DNA of 64,000 bases from Bacteroidales bacterium (GCA_028282585.1 JANQHR010000021.1:1-64000); one strand, 5' to 3'; shown: positions 50,675 through 60,863, numbered from the stretch's first letter. Made by a program: numbers and translations. The notes: generated by a model not told the origin, from the sequence alone.

Positions 50675-53031
50675 TATTTTAATTCTTTATTATAATTATA
50701 TCCATATCCGTACCCATATCCATAATTGTATCCATAATTGTATCCATAATATTTAGAAATTTTCAAATCATTTACTAGAATGTTCATATTTTTTATTTTT
50801 TGTTCCTGTTCCAGTTTGTTGATTAGTTCAAATACCTGTTTATGGCTATACTTTTGACGTATCATAAAAATATTTGCATCACTATACTTACTTACCAGCA
50901 TTGCATCTGTAACCATTGCTAATGGGGGGGTGTCAATTATAATGTAGTCAAAATCCTTTTTACATTGCTCAAAGAATTGATTCATTTCTTGTGTTTCTAT
51001 TAGTTCGGCCGGATTGGGAGGCACGGGCCCAGATGGGGCCAAGGACAAATTTTCTATATAAGTTTCTTTAATGCTATCTTTATAGTTACTTTGTTGGCTA
51101 AGATAGTTACTAATTCCTATTTCATTAGGTATGTCAAAAATCTTATGCAAACTGGGTTTACGAAGATCTAATCCCACTAAAAGTACCTTTTTACTAGCCA
51201 TTGCAATAATAACGGCTAGGTTTACGGCAGCAAATGTTTTTCCTTCACCACTTAAAGTAGATGTAATCATAATCACTTTTTGGTCTTTTTCTCGTAATAT
51301 GTATTGTAAATTTGTTCTTAAACTACGGAAAGATTCAGATAGGGCTGATTTAGGATCTATATAAACCGGGATTTCATGGTTCGAATCATTATGGCCTATT
51401 GCACCTAATAATGGTACATTAGTATTATGTTCAACATCTTTTTTATCTTCTATTTTTGTATTCATAAAATTCGATAAAAGTATTATTGAACAAGGGATTC
51501 CCAACCCTAATACTAAAGCGATCATATAATTTTTGGAACGTTTTGGTGTAAGCATACTAGCATTTTCAGGTATCGCATGGTCTAATATTTTATTATTAGA
51601 TACGTTTGAAGCTTTGGTAATTCCTGCTTCAGCTCTTTTTTCAAGTAAAAAGGTATAAAGTCCGTTATTAAGTTTATATTCTCGCTCTATATTTACCAAA
51701 TTACGTTCACTTATTGGTAATTTGCTTATTTCTTGCTCAATTAATATTATTTTCTCTTGCAATTTTCGTTGGTTAATCTGATTAAGGTTTTTACCAACAG
51801 CCACTTGTTCTAATATATTTATTTTGAGTGCATCTAATTCTTTTTTTAGAATTGTTTTGTTTGGTGTGGGTTCGTTTGTAACAGAATTAATACGATTAAG
51901 TTTAGAAATAGATTTATTAAAATCCTCAACAAGTTTTTCCAGGTTTAAGTTATTTATACTTAATGAGGAAGGATTAACAAGAAATTCAAAAGCTTCTTTT
52001 TGAGATAGATAATCCAACATATAATTGTAATAATGATTATGAATTTCGTACTCCATTTTTCTATTTTCTAAATCATTTAAGTCATTTATTAAAATGGAAC
52101 CTTTTTGACTTAAGTCAAATATCTGATTGTCAGAACGAAATTTTTGTAAGCGATGTTCTACTTTGTTTAAAGAATCAAGGATTACTTGTAGTTGATCATC
52201 AATAAAATCAATTGTATTTTGCGCTTGTTTGTTTTTTTGCATTAAATCTGTTTGAATATATACTTCGGAAAGTTTATTCAGATATGCTGCCATTTTAGCA
52301 GGAACAAAACCATTAATTTTTAAGGTTAAAACAGATCCTCTTTGCTCATTAGGTTCAATTATTAACTTTCCTCTATATTTTTTCGCAAGAGTATTAACCT
52401 CGTTAAAAAAGAAATAATACTTGTTAGATAAATTATTATTAAAGTTTGTAGTATCTCTTAATTGTAATTTGAAATTAAAATTTTTATGTATAAATGACTC
52501 ACCAAACTTTAATTTTTGTTTTACGCTGTATTTATCATTAATTTCTAGTATATACTCATGATTATTTAAAATTTTTATATGGATCGGATAATTATTTTTT
52601 TGTTTAAAATTACTATCAACAATCACGATAAATGGATTTGTTTGATACATTTTACTTTCTGCAATTTCTCTTCTCCCAACACTTACATAAGTGATCTCAA
52701 AATCTAACTGTTCGATAGCTTGACGTGCCATGGAATAAGATTTTAAGATTGCGATTTCATTTACAACCTCAGTACGCATCCTCCTGCGATTCATTCCTAA
52801 ATCAGAAATGAGAGCATTAATACTTCCCATCTCCATTTCATTGCTTCCAATTATTACTGAAGAACTTATGGTATAAGTGGGTTCGGAATAACGATTTACC
52901 ATGTAGGCAATTGTTAATGTTATGGAAAGGCAAATGACATACCAATACCAGTTGGCTAAGAATTTAAATAGGTACTTTTTAAAATCAATGGATTCTTCTT
53001 TATATAATTTATTTTCAGTCTCGGTAAGCAT
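50674..53031 (-). CDS. wzc: Wzc polysaccharide co-polymerase / tyrosine autokinase
   Basis: Two TMs, coiled coils, ESFRSLRTNL, GEGKT, DLRKP, IDTPP, Tyr-rich tail. Confidence 0.95.
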   Translation of the reverse strand: MLTETENKLYKEESIDFKKYLFKFLANWYWYVICLSITLTIAYMVNRYSEPTYTISSSVIIGSNEMEMGSINALISDLGMNRRRMRTEVVNEIAILKSYSMARQAIEQLDFEITYVSVGRREIAESKMYQTNPFIVIVDSNFKQKNNYPIHIKILNNHEYILEINDKYSVKQKLKFGESFIHKNFNFKLQLRDTTNFNNNLSNKYYFFFNEVNTLAKKYRGKLIIEPNEQRGSVLTLKINGFVPAKMAAYLNKLSEVYIQTDLMQKNKQAQNTIDFIDDQLQVILDSLNKVEHRLQKFRSDNQIFDLSQKGSILINDLNDLENRKMEYEIHNHYYNYMLDYLSQKEAFEFLVNPSSLSINNLNLEKLVEDFNKSISKLNRINSVTNEPTPNKTILKKELDALKINILEQVAVGKNLNQINQRKLQEKIILIEQEISKLPISERNLVNIEREYKLNNGLYTFLLEKRAEAGITKASNVSNNKILDHAIPENASMLTPKRSKNYMIALVLGLGIPCSIILLSNFMNTKIEDKKDVEHNTNVPLLGAIGHNDSNHEIPVYIDPKSALSESFRSLRTNLQYILREKDQKVIMITSTLSGEGKTFAAVNLAVIIAMASKKVLLVGLDLRKPSLHKIFDIPNEIGISNYLSQQSNYKDSIKETYIENLSLAPSGPVPPNPAELIETQEMNQFFEQCKKDFDYIIIDTPPLAMVTDAMLVSKYSDANIFMIRQKYSHKQVFELINKLEQEQKIKNMNILVNDLKISKYYGYNYGYNYGYGYGYGYNYNKELK

Positions 53032-53085
53032 TTTTAGTTGATTTTATGCATATATTTAGGGTTGTCACGTTTTAACTTCTTTTAA

Positions 53086-53868
53086 TTATTGAATAATGGT
53101 TAATATCAGGGCTAATGCTGTTAGTGTAGATGAAATCGCGCTAATCACAAAAACATAATCGGAAGCTTGTTCTCTAAAAAGTGCGGAATTTAATGGTTCT
53201 ACATAAATAATATCGTTGGGCATGATATAATATAGATTGGAAGCTACAATATTACCTTTGGCAAGGTTTATTCTGTATGATTGCGTTCCTTTTTCAGTTT
53301 GCCTTAATAAGAGTATCTTTTTTCGATTTCCATTATAAGTAATATCGCCTGCATAAGCTAAGGCTTCCATTATATTTACCTGGTTGGCTGTAACTTGCTT
53401 TACACCGGGAGATGAAACCTCTCCAAGCACAGTAAATTTAAAATTAGCCAGTTTAACTATTACCTGAGGATTTTTTAGAAACTTAAAAGCCCTTTGCTTA
53501 ATTGAATCTTGCAATAGATCTATATTTAGGCCGGATACATGGACTTTTTCTAATAACGGCATTTCAATATATCCTGAATCACTAACCAAATATCCTGTAT
53601 AGAACAAACTCTCTGGTCGAAGGTTTTGTGATGAGCTAGCTGACATCAACGGATTAAACAATTGATTAATTTCCTGGTTTTCAGTTATGATGTGTACATA
53701 AAGTAGATCGCCTGCTTGTATTTTATATCCGGGTTTGTTCTTTTCAAAGATGTTTTGATCTTCGGTTATTTCAATATCTTGTAAATAAGTTAGTTTTTCG
53801 TAGGAGTTGCAGGATGCTAAAAGCAAAGAAATCGCTATTATTATTGGGTGCTTTAGAATTGGTTTCAT
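53086..53868 (-). CDS. wza: Polysaccharide export lipoprotein Wza
   Basis: Lipobox LASC, YKIQAGD, VLGEV..PG, EALAYAGD, PNDIIYVEP. Confidence 0.93.
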   Translation of the reverse strand: MKPILKHPIIIAISLLLASCNSYEKLTYLQDIEITEDQNIFEKNKPGYKIQAGDLLYVHIITENQEINQLFNPLMSASSSQNLRPESLFYTGYLVSDSGYIEMPLLEKVHVSGLNIDLLQDSIKQRAFKFLKNPQVIVKLANFKFTVLGEVSSPGVKQVTANQVNIMEALAYAGDITYNGNRKKILLLRQTEKGTQSYRINLAKGNIVASNLYYIMPNDIIYVEPLNSALFREQASDYVFVISAISSTLTALALILTIIQ

Positions 53869-53930
53869 TCTTATAATTTTTAAACTTCAAGCTACATGTC
53901 GAAAGTTATAATATTTTATCCATATCCTAA

Positions 53931-54035
53931 ATTCCCTTTTCCAAGGGGAAAACAGTTTTTATTGATCGTTGATTATTGTAGATTGGATCTGGATTTAGAG
54001 ACAGCTCCGCTTCCTCAGTCACAATTAGTTGTGGC
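53931..54035 (-). promoter_or_regulatory. Candidate ops-like UpxY loading element with flanking hairpins in the capsule leader
   Basis: Minus strand: GCCACAA-CTAA-TTGTGAC hairpin, then GAGGAAGCGGAGCTG, then TTCCCCTT-GGAA-AAGGGAA hairpin. Confidence 0.5.
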
Positions 54036-54080
54036 CAAATAAGCATAAAAAATGTATTGAAACGTTGTAATCAAATATAC

Positions 54081-54575
54081 TTAATCCTTCTTTAAAAAAG
54101 AAGGATTTAAGCGCACTAAAATATTCTGATTAATTGATTCTATTCTTATTAGTACCTTATATTTATTTAAATGGTATATTAACTCACCAAATAAACCTTT
54201 TAAACTACCTCTTATAACTTCCACTTTTTCGCCAGGCTCGAAATGGCCTGCGCTTAACTCGTATTCTTCTTCACTTGATAATATGGACTCTATCATTTTT
54301 ATATGTTCTTCTCTAACAGAAGCAGGTTTCCCTCCAAAACGAATAACAGTTACTACGCCTGGTGTATTTAATGCTTTTTGTAATTCAGATTCTTCAACAT
54401 GTATGAATATATATGACCGAATAAAAGGTTCTTCAACCCATTTTTTTCGGTCGCTCCATAGTTTGAGTTTTTTTTCCAAGGGCAAATAGCAACAAATGCT
54501 TTTATCTATAAGTGCTTGATGTACTTTTTTTTCAGCCCTTGATTTAGTATAAAGTGCAAACCATTTTTTGGACAT
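54081..54575 (-). CDS. upxY: UpxY family antitermination factor (NusG paralog)
   Basis: WFALYTKSRAEKKV, WSDRKK.VEEP, KOW G..V.V..G.LKG; start moved to ATG 54575 because a -7 box (54604-54611) lies inside the longer ORF. Confidence 0.93.
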   Translation of the reverse strand: MSKKWFALYTKSRAEKKVHQALIDKSICCYLPLEKKLKLWSDRKKWVEEPFIRSYIFIHVEESELQKALNTPGVVTVIRFGGKPASVREEHIKMIESILSSEEEYELSAGHFEPGEKVEVIRGSLKGLFGELIYHLNKYKVLIRIESINQNILVRLNPSFLKKD

Positions 54576-54603
54576 GATAAATCTATGTTCCCAATCTATG
54601 GGG

Positions 54604-54611
54604 CAAAAATA
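54604..54611 (-). promoter_or_regulatory. -7 promoter element of upxY
   Basis: TATTTTTG 28 nt upstream of the ATG. Confidence 0.55.
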
Positions 54612-54690
54612 GCAATTAACATTTAACAATTAACAATAAATGGGAATTTATCTATTTAAATATTACTAATAAATTTTTATTAAATGAAAC

Positions 54691-54724
54691 AATACAGCCT
54701 TGCTCAAAAGAGCAAGGCTGTATT
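54691..54724. terminator. Intrinsic terminator after metK
   Basis: Perfect 15-bp stem AATACAGCCTTGCTC-AAAA-GAGCAAGGCTGTATT. Confidence 0.88.
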
Positions 54725-54751
54725 TATTATATTTATTGCTTTTAGGCTTAG

Positions 54752-56017
54752 TTATATATTAAAACTAGTTCTAATTTTTTCAACATAGTCTAACTTTTCC
54801 CATGCAAAAAAATCTACTTCTTTTTCAAAGGTTTTTTCTTCATAGCCATTACCGTTTTCAATAATTTGAACTTTGCCGGTTTTAAAATCACGGCCCATAT
54901 GACCATAAGCTGCTGTTTCTTCAAAGATTGGGTTCTTTAATCCAAAGCGTTTCACAATTGCTGCAGGCCGCATGTCAAATATTTCATTGATTTTTTCTGC
55001 AATTGCCCCATCTGTAATATCAATATTTGCAGTTCCATATGTGTTAACATATAATCCTACCGGTTCTGCTACTCCAATTGCATAAGCTACTTGGACTAAT
55101 ACTTCATCAGCAATTCCGGCAGCCACAATGTTTTTTGCTATATGACGGGCCGCATATGCTGCGGAGCGGTCAACTTTCGAAGAATCTTTACCAGAAAAAG
55201 CACCTCCACCATGAGCTCCTTTACCTCCGTATGTATCAACAATAATTTTACGTCCGGTTAGCCCCGTATCTCCATGAGGCCCTCCAATTACAAATTTACC
55301 TGTTGGATTAACATGAAGAATGTAATCATCCGTAAATAATTTTTGGACTCTTTCCGGGAAACGTGATTTTGCTCTTGGTATAAGTATATTTCTAACGTCA
55401 TTTTTGATTTTTTCAAGCATTGCTTTTTCTTCATCGAAATCATCGTGTTGCGTAGAAACAACTATTGTATGAACTTTTACAGGCTCATTGTTGTCGTTAT
55501 ACTCAATAGTAACCTGAGACTTTGAATCCGGACGAAGATATGTCATTTCCTTTTTTTCTCTTCTAATTTTAGCAAGTTCTTGTAATAAAACATGCGATAA
55601 AACTAGAGCCAAAGGCATGTAGTCATCAGTTTCTTTGTTTGCATAGCCAAACATCATTCCCTGATCACCTGCACCTTGATCTTCTTCTTTTTCTCGTACA
55701 ACTCCCTGATTAATGTCCGGAGATTGTTCGTGAATGGTAGAAATAACACCGCAGGATTCTGAATCAAATCGATACTCTTGCTTGGTATAACCAATTCGTT
55801 TAATAACTCTTCGGGCAATTTCCTGAACATCAACATATGCTTTTGTGCGAACTTCGCCACTTAATACAACTAAACCAGTAGTTACAAGAGTTTCACAAGC
55901 AACCTTTGATTCAGGATCACGACGTAAAAATTCATCTAATAAAGCATCCGAAATTTGATCAGAAACTTTGTCAGGATGTCCTTCAGAGACAGATTCAGAT
56001 GTGAATAAATATCCCAT
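54752..56017 (-). CDS. metK: S-adenosylmethionine synthetase
   Basis: [42 protein letters not shown]. Confidence 0.98.
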   Translation of the reverse strand: MGYLFTSESVSEGHPDKVSDQISDALLDEFLRRDPESKVACETLVTTGLVVLSGEVRTKAYVDVQEIARRVIKRIGYTKQEYRFDSESCGVISTIHEQSPDINQGVVREKEEDQGAGDQGMMFGYANKETDDYMPLALVLSHVLLQELAKIRREKKEMTYLRPDSKSQVTIEYNDNNEPVKVHTIVVSTQHDDFDEEKAMLEKIKNDVRNILIPRAKSRFPERVQKLFTDDYILHVNPTGKFVIGGPHGDTGLTGRKIIVDTYGGKGAHGGGAFSGKDSSKVDRSAAYAARHIAKNIVAAGIADEVLVQVAYAIGVAEPVGLYVNTYGTANIDITDGAIAEKINEIFDMRPAAIVKRFGLKNPIFEETAAYGHMGRDFKTGKVQIIENGNGYEEKTFEKEVDFFAWEKLDYVEKIRTSFNI

Positions 56018-56137
56018 AATTAAAATTATTTATAAAGGTTAAAAAATAAGAAAAATCAAAAATAGTCATTTATATTAAAATATTAAGAATGAAAATTCTT
56101 AATAAAATAATATTAATCTTTTTTTTAATATAAAAAG

Positions 56138-57049
56138 TTATTTAGTTAATTCCTGAAAAACTTCCTCAAGACTTTTTTCCTTTTTCTGCATGGATAATAC
56201 AGCTAATCCAGTATCTACAGCAAACTTAAAAATGTCTTGGCGAATATCCTTTCGTGATGAGCTTTCAATTAGCCAATTTTTATCATCAATCTTGGCAACT
56301 TTTTCTACGAGTTCTATTTTTTCCAATTCTTGTTGTTGAGGTTCTGTATCAAATTCTACAATTACTGTTATATGGTCTTCTTTTTTTAGAGAAGTAATTG
56401 AATCAATAGAGTCGTCAGCAACGATCTTACCTTTATTAATAATAATGATTCTGTCACAGATAGCTTCAACCTCTTGCATAATATGCGTTGAAAGCATAAC
56501 TGTTTTTTCTTTTCCTACTTCGGAAATTAAGTTTCGAATTTCAATGATCTGGTTGGGATCTAACCCGGAAGTCGGCTCATCAAGAATCAGAATAGAAGGG
56601 TCATGAATTAGTGCCTGGGCTAAACCAACCCTTTGCCGGTAACCTTTAGAAAGAGCTCCGATTTTCTTTTTTCTTTCATCTGTCAAACCGGTTTGTTCGA
56701 TGATTTCTTCAATCCTAAACCGAGCCTTAGATCCCAATTTGTAAATTCCAGCTATAAATTCAAGGTATTCCTTAACATACATTTCCAGGTATAAGGGATT
56801 ATGCTCAGGTAAATAACCAATATGTTTTCTAATCTCAAGAGAATGGTCAAATAAATTCAATTTGTTGATATTTGCTTCTCCTGAAGTTGGTGGTATAAAG
56901 CCAGTAAGGATTTTCATAGTAGTTGATTTACCAGCCCCATTAGGACCAACAAATCCAACAATTTCGCCGGTTTTTATTTCAAAACTTATGGAGTCAAGGG
57001 CTTTTTGTTCACCATATACCTTGGTTAAGTTTGCTACATGTATAGACAT
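56138..57049 (-). CDS. gldA: Gliding motility-associated ABC transporter ATP-binding subunit
   Basis: YGEQKAL, GPNGAGKST, GYLPEHNPLY, LSKGYRQRVG, STHIMQEVEAICDR. Confidence 0.88.
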   Translation of the reverse strand: MSIHVANLTKVYGEQKALDSISFEIKTGEIVGFVGPNGAGKSTTMKILTGFIPPTSGEANINKLNLFDHSLEIRKHIGYLPEHNPLYLEMYVKEYLEFIAGIYKLGSKARFRIEEIIEQTGLTDERKKKIGALSKGYRQRVGLAQALIHDPSILILDEPTSGLDPNQIIEIRNLISEVGKEKTVMLSTHIMQEVEAICDRIIIINKGKIVADDSIDSITSLKKEDHITVIVEFDTEPQQQELEKIELVEKVAKIDDKNWLIESSSRKDIRQDIFKFAVDTGLAVLSMQKKEKSLEEVFQELTK

Positions 57050-57100
57050 ATTATAAATGGGTGGTTTATTAATTTTACGAAAATAGATATTTTTTTTTAA

Positions 57101-57174
57101 AGCTGCGAGCTATAAACCAATAGCTTTGAGCAATGTGTATTTAGCTTGTGGCTCGAAGCAGAAAGCTCATGGCT
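57101..57174. repeat. 7-nt-periodic imperfect inverted repeat
   Basis: Left arm AGCTGCG AGCTATA AACCAAT AGCTTTG AGC; right arm reverse complement AGCCATG AGCTTTC TGCTTCG AGCCACA AGC. Confidence 0.7.
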
Positions 57175-57208
57175 TTTTATTACTTTTGTTCCATTATCAG
57201 TCTAAAAA

Positions 57209-59068
57209 ATGAAATACGAAGATATTATCAATTTATTTAAATATAAACGACTAAAAACTAGAGAAGTTAAGGTTGGAGATCTTAAAATAGGAGGAGAAAA
57301 TCCTATTCGTGTTCAATCTATGACAAGTACGAATACATTAAATACCGAAGAAACATTTGAACAGTCGCTTAAAATTATCAAAGCAGGAGGTGAATTAGTC
57401 AGAATTACAGCACAAGCTGTAATAGAGGCAGAAAACCTAAAAAAAATAAAAGAAAAAATAAGAAGTGAAGGATTTAAAACACCCTTAGCTGCTGATATTC
57501 ATTTTAATCCTAAAGCTGCTTTTGCAGCAGCAACATTAGTAGAAAAAGTAAGAATAAATCCGGGAAATTTTGTTGATAAAAGAGCGAAATTTATTAAAGC
57601 AGAATTTACAGAAGAAGAATATATTGACGAATTAAAAAAAATTGAAGAAAAGCTAATCCCTCTCCTAGATATATGCAATGAGAAAAATACGGCACTTCGT
57701 ATTGGAGTGAATCACGGTTCATTGTCTGGTAGAATAATGAGTCGATATGGTGATACTCCCAAAGGAATGGTTGAATCTGCAATGGAATTTCTTCGAATAT
57801 GTATTCAGGAAAACTTTTATAATGTTTTAGTTTCTCTCAAATCAAGCAATACAAGAATAATGGTACAGGCTAATCGCTTGATGCTATCAAAAATGATAGA
57901 AGAAAACATGAACTTCCCCTTTCATTTAGGTGTAACAGAAGCGGGTGAAGGAGAAGACGGTAGAATAAAATCAGCAGTTGGAATTGGAGCCTTACTGGCT
58001 GATGGTATTGGCGACACAATTCGTATTTCATTAACAGAACCACCCGAAGACGAAATTCCAGTTGCCAGAAAATTGGTAAACTATTTTTCTAAAAGAGACA
58101 ATCATAAGGAAGTTAAATTAGATGAAAATATTCCGTTAGATTTTTTTGATTATAAAAAATGGAAAACAAATAAGGTATTTAATATTGGTGGTGATTCTAT
58201 GCCTGTAGTAATATCAGGTATGGAAAGGAAAAATGATTTAATGCCGGAATTTATTTATTTAAAAGATAAATTTATCATTGACTCATCAAATAAAAACTCT
58301 AATTATATTTTAGATGCAGAGGCTTGGGACCAACATATTTTTTATGGAGACAACGTTTTTCCTTTGTTTAATTCAATAAATGATTTCTATTTGTCTGAAA
58401 ATCAATCAAAAAATCTTAATTTTTTGCAGATAAGATGTCCTGAGATCAATGAAGAAAACCTTCTGAAAATCAAAAATCAAAAAAAATTAGTCCTGATCCT
58501 AAAAACAACCAATAAAAATGGATTTGCCGACCAGCGAGCAGCTTTTATAAGATTAATAAATGCCGATTGTCGATTGCCGGTTATTATAAAAAGAGAGTAC
58601 AAAGAAAACGGATTAGAAAACTTACAGTTAAAGTCAGCATGTGATATAGGAGGACTATTTTTAGATGGTTTAGGAGATGGGATATGGATACATAATACAG
58701 GAAGCATCGACGAAAAAGAAATTATTAACACTTCATTTGGAATATTACAAGCAAGCAGGGTACGCGTAACAAAAACAGAGTATATTTCTTGTCCTGGTTG
58801 TGGTAGAACTCTTTTTAATTTACACGAAACCACTCAAAAAATAAGAGCGAAAACATCTCATCTTAAACATTTAAAGATTGGAATCATGGGGTGTATTGTA
58901 AATGGGCCGGGGGAAATGGCTGATGCAGATTATGGTTATGTAGGAGCAGGGCCAGGAAAAATTACACTATATAAAAATAAAGAAATTGTAAAGAAAAATG
59001 TCTCGGAAGAAAATGCTGTTGAAGAACTGATACAATTAATTAAAGATTCAGGAGATTGGACAGAATAA
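57209..59068 (+). CDS. ispG: (E)-4-hydroxy-3-methylbut-2-enyl-diphosphate synthase, long form
   Basis: QSMT, ADIHF, RINPGN, RIGVNHGSL, HLGVTEAG, CPGCGR, MGCIVNGPGE. Confidence 0.97.
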   Translation: MKYEDIINLFKYKRLKTREVKVGDLKIGGENPIRVQSMTSTNTLNTEETFEQSLKIIKAGGELVRITAQAVIEAENLKKIKEKIRSEGFKTPLAADIHFNPKAAFAAATLVEKVRINPGNFVDKRAKFIKAEFTEEEYIDELKKIEEKLIPLLDICNEKNTALRIGVNHGSLSGRIMSRYGDTPKGMVESAMEFLRICIQENFYNVLVSLKSSNTRIMVQANRLMLSKMIEENMNFPFHLGVTEAGEGEDGRIKSAVGIGALLADGIGDTIRISLTEPPEDEIPVARKLVNYFSKRDNHKEVKLDENIPLDFFDYKKWKTNKVFNIGGDSMPVVISGMERKNDLMPEFIYLKDKFIIDSSNKNSNYILDAEAWDQHIFYGDNVFPLFNSINDFYLSENQSKNLNFLQIRCPEINEENLLKIKNQKKLVLILKTTNKNGFADQRAAFIRLINADCRLPVIIKREYKENGLENLQLKSACDIGGLFLDGLGDGIWIHNTGSIDEKEIINTSFGILQASRVRVTKTEYISCPGCGRTLFNLHETTQKIRAKTSHLKHLKIGIMGCIVNGPGEMADADYGYVGAGPGKITLYKNKEIVKKNVSEENAVEELIQLIKDSGDWTE

Positions 59069-59300
59069 ATCTTTTTAATCTAAAGTCTAAAACTTTTCAT
59101 TCAACTTATATTCAGAAACTTATTTAACCAAAAGAATTTTCACTTTTTTGTGGGGTTTTTTATATTGCTCATTTACAGTAATAAAAATTAGTATTATTTA
59201 AAGTAATAATAAACGAAATGCGGATGCGATTTTGTGGATTTAAGAAAATAACATATTATTGCCTGCGTTTGCATTTAAATAACTTTTTAAACTAAACCAG

Positions 59301-60848
59301 ATGAGACAATTTATTGAAAAAATCCGAAGAAAAATAAATAAGATTTTTGCGCGTTCGCTTGATTATGTTGAAATTATTGGAAACAAGTTGCCTCATCCTG
59401 CAACTCTTTTTGCTATACTTGCATTGATAGTTGTTTTGATTTCTTGGCTAGGTTATGCTTTTAATGCTCACGCTATACATCCTGTTGACGGCTCTTTAAT
59501 TGAAGCCCGAAATTTAATTAGCGCAGATGGTATCCGATGGATGTATACCAATCTTATAGAGAACTTTTTAAAATTTCCGCCGCTGGGTTATGTTCTTGTG
59601 GTTATGATTGGTATTGGAGTTGCTGAAGGTTCGGGTTTATTTACTACTATGATACGGGCACTGGTTTTAAGTGCTCCTCCAAAATTAGTAACCGGAGCTA
59701 TCGTATTGGCAGGTATCCTTTCTCATTTAGCATCCGAAGCAGGCTATGTTGTTCTTATTCCTTTAGGTGCAATGATTTTTCACGCACTCGGGAGGCATCC
59801 TATGGCCGGACTGGCAGCAGCATTTTGTGGGGTAAGTGGAGGATTTGGAGCCAACTTTTTTATAGGTTCTATTGATCCGATATTAGCAGGTATTTCCGAA
59901 TCGGCAGCACAGATGATTTTGCCTGAAATGAGAGTGAATCCTGCTGTAAACTATTATTTTATGTTTGTTTCCAGTTTTTTAGTGGTAATTGTTGGAACAT
60001 GGGTTACCGAGAAAATAGTCGAACCCAGGTTAGGAAAATATGAGGGTAATGCAGAAAAGCTTCCGATTGATCAGTTAACAGTTAAAGAAAAGAAGGGTTT
60101 AAGATATGCCGGATGGGGTTTATTGGCAACACTTATTGCTCTTGCTTTTACTATTATTCCAGAAAATGGAATTTTTAGAGATCCCGAAACAGGATCTGTA
60201 CTTCACTCTCCTTTTTTTAATGGAATTATCATAGCAATTTTGGTCATGTTTTTTATTCCGGGTATAATTTATGGAATTACTGTAGGAACAATTAAGAACG
60301 ATAAAGATGTTGCCAAATACCTGGGTCAATCGATGAGTGGGATGGGAGGTTATATTGTACTGGTATTTTTTGCTGCGCAGTTTGTTTATTTTTTCAATCA
60401 CAGTAACTTGGGAATTATTTTTGCAATTAAGGGAGCTCAAACACTTCAAAGTATAGGATTAACTGGCATATCGCTGATTGTAGCTTTTGTTCTTTTATCG
60501 GCCTTCATTAATATGTTTATGGGGAGTGCTTCGGCGAAATGGGCTATTATGGCTCCGGTATTTATACCGATGCTTATGCTAATAGACCCTGCATATCATC
60601 CGGGCTTAACACAAGCAGCATTTCGTATTGGCGACTCTGTTACAAACTTGATTACTCCTATGATGAGTTATTTCGCGTTAATTGTAACATTTGCTCAGAA
60701 ATACGATGAGAAATATGGCGTAGGTACAATTATATCATCTATGTTACCATATACGGTTATGTTAACGATTGGCTGGATCATATTACTTGTTATATGGATG
60801 TTATTGGGAATTCCATTAGGGCCAGATGGACCATTGTACATTAATTGA
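59301..60848 (+). CDS. abgT: AbgT family transporter
   Basis: GNKLPHP, GRHPMAG, SASAKWA, RIGDS.TN.ITPM. Confidence 0.93.
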   Translation: MRQFIEKIRRKINKIFARSLDYVEIIGNKLPHPATLFAILALIVVLISWLGYAFNAHAIHPVDGSLIEARNLISADGIRWMYTNLIENFLKFPPLGYVLVVMIGIGVAEGSGLFTTMIRALVLSAPPKLVTGAIVLAGILSHLASEAGYVVLIPLGAMIFHALGRHPMAGLAAAFCGVSGGFGANFFIGSIDPILAGISESAAQMILPEMRVNPAVNYYFMFVSSFLVVIVGTWVTEKIVEPRLGKYEGNAEKLPIDQLTVKEKKGLRYAGWGLLATLIALAFTIIPENGIFRDPETGSVLHSPFFNGIIIAILVMFFIPGIIYGITVGTIKNDKDVAKYLGQSMSGMGGYIVLVFFAAQFVYFFNHSNLGIIFAIKGAQTLQSIGLTGISLIVAFVLLSAFINMFMGSASAKWAIMAPVFIPMLMLIDPAYHPGLTQAAFRIGDSVTNLITPMMSYFALIVTFAQKYDEKYGVGTIISSMLPYTVMLTIGWIILLVIWMLLGIPLGPDGPLYIN

Positions 60849-60863
60849 TCATAAAAATTATAT

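Noticed and set aside
50690-50752. 12-bp tandem repeats CCATAATTGTAT
   Set aside because: Encodes the normal Tyr-rich autophosphorylation tail of Wzc
54576-54629. N-terminal extension of upxY in the ORF track
   Set aside because: Contains the -7 promoter box; family similarity begins at MSKKWF
54576-54751. Invertible capsule promoter as in Bacteroides
   Set aside because: No inverted repeats flank the promoter and no recombinase is in the window; the only long IR is the metK terminator
56018-56137. SAM riboswitch upstream of metK
   Set aside because: Spacer is almost all A/T with no SAM-I or SAM-II core
56138-57049. gldA without adjacent gldF/gldG as an anomaly
   Set aside because: gldA is commonly unlinked from gldFG in Bacteroidota
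1417-60449. Many short ORFs in the track that overlap longer genes (e.g. 8159-8494, 17259-18585, 35278-35985, 58477-58833, 60120-60449)
   Set aside because: Antisense or alternate-frame shadows of well-supported genes with no recognisable motifs
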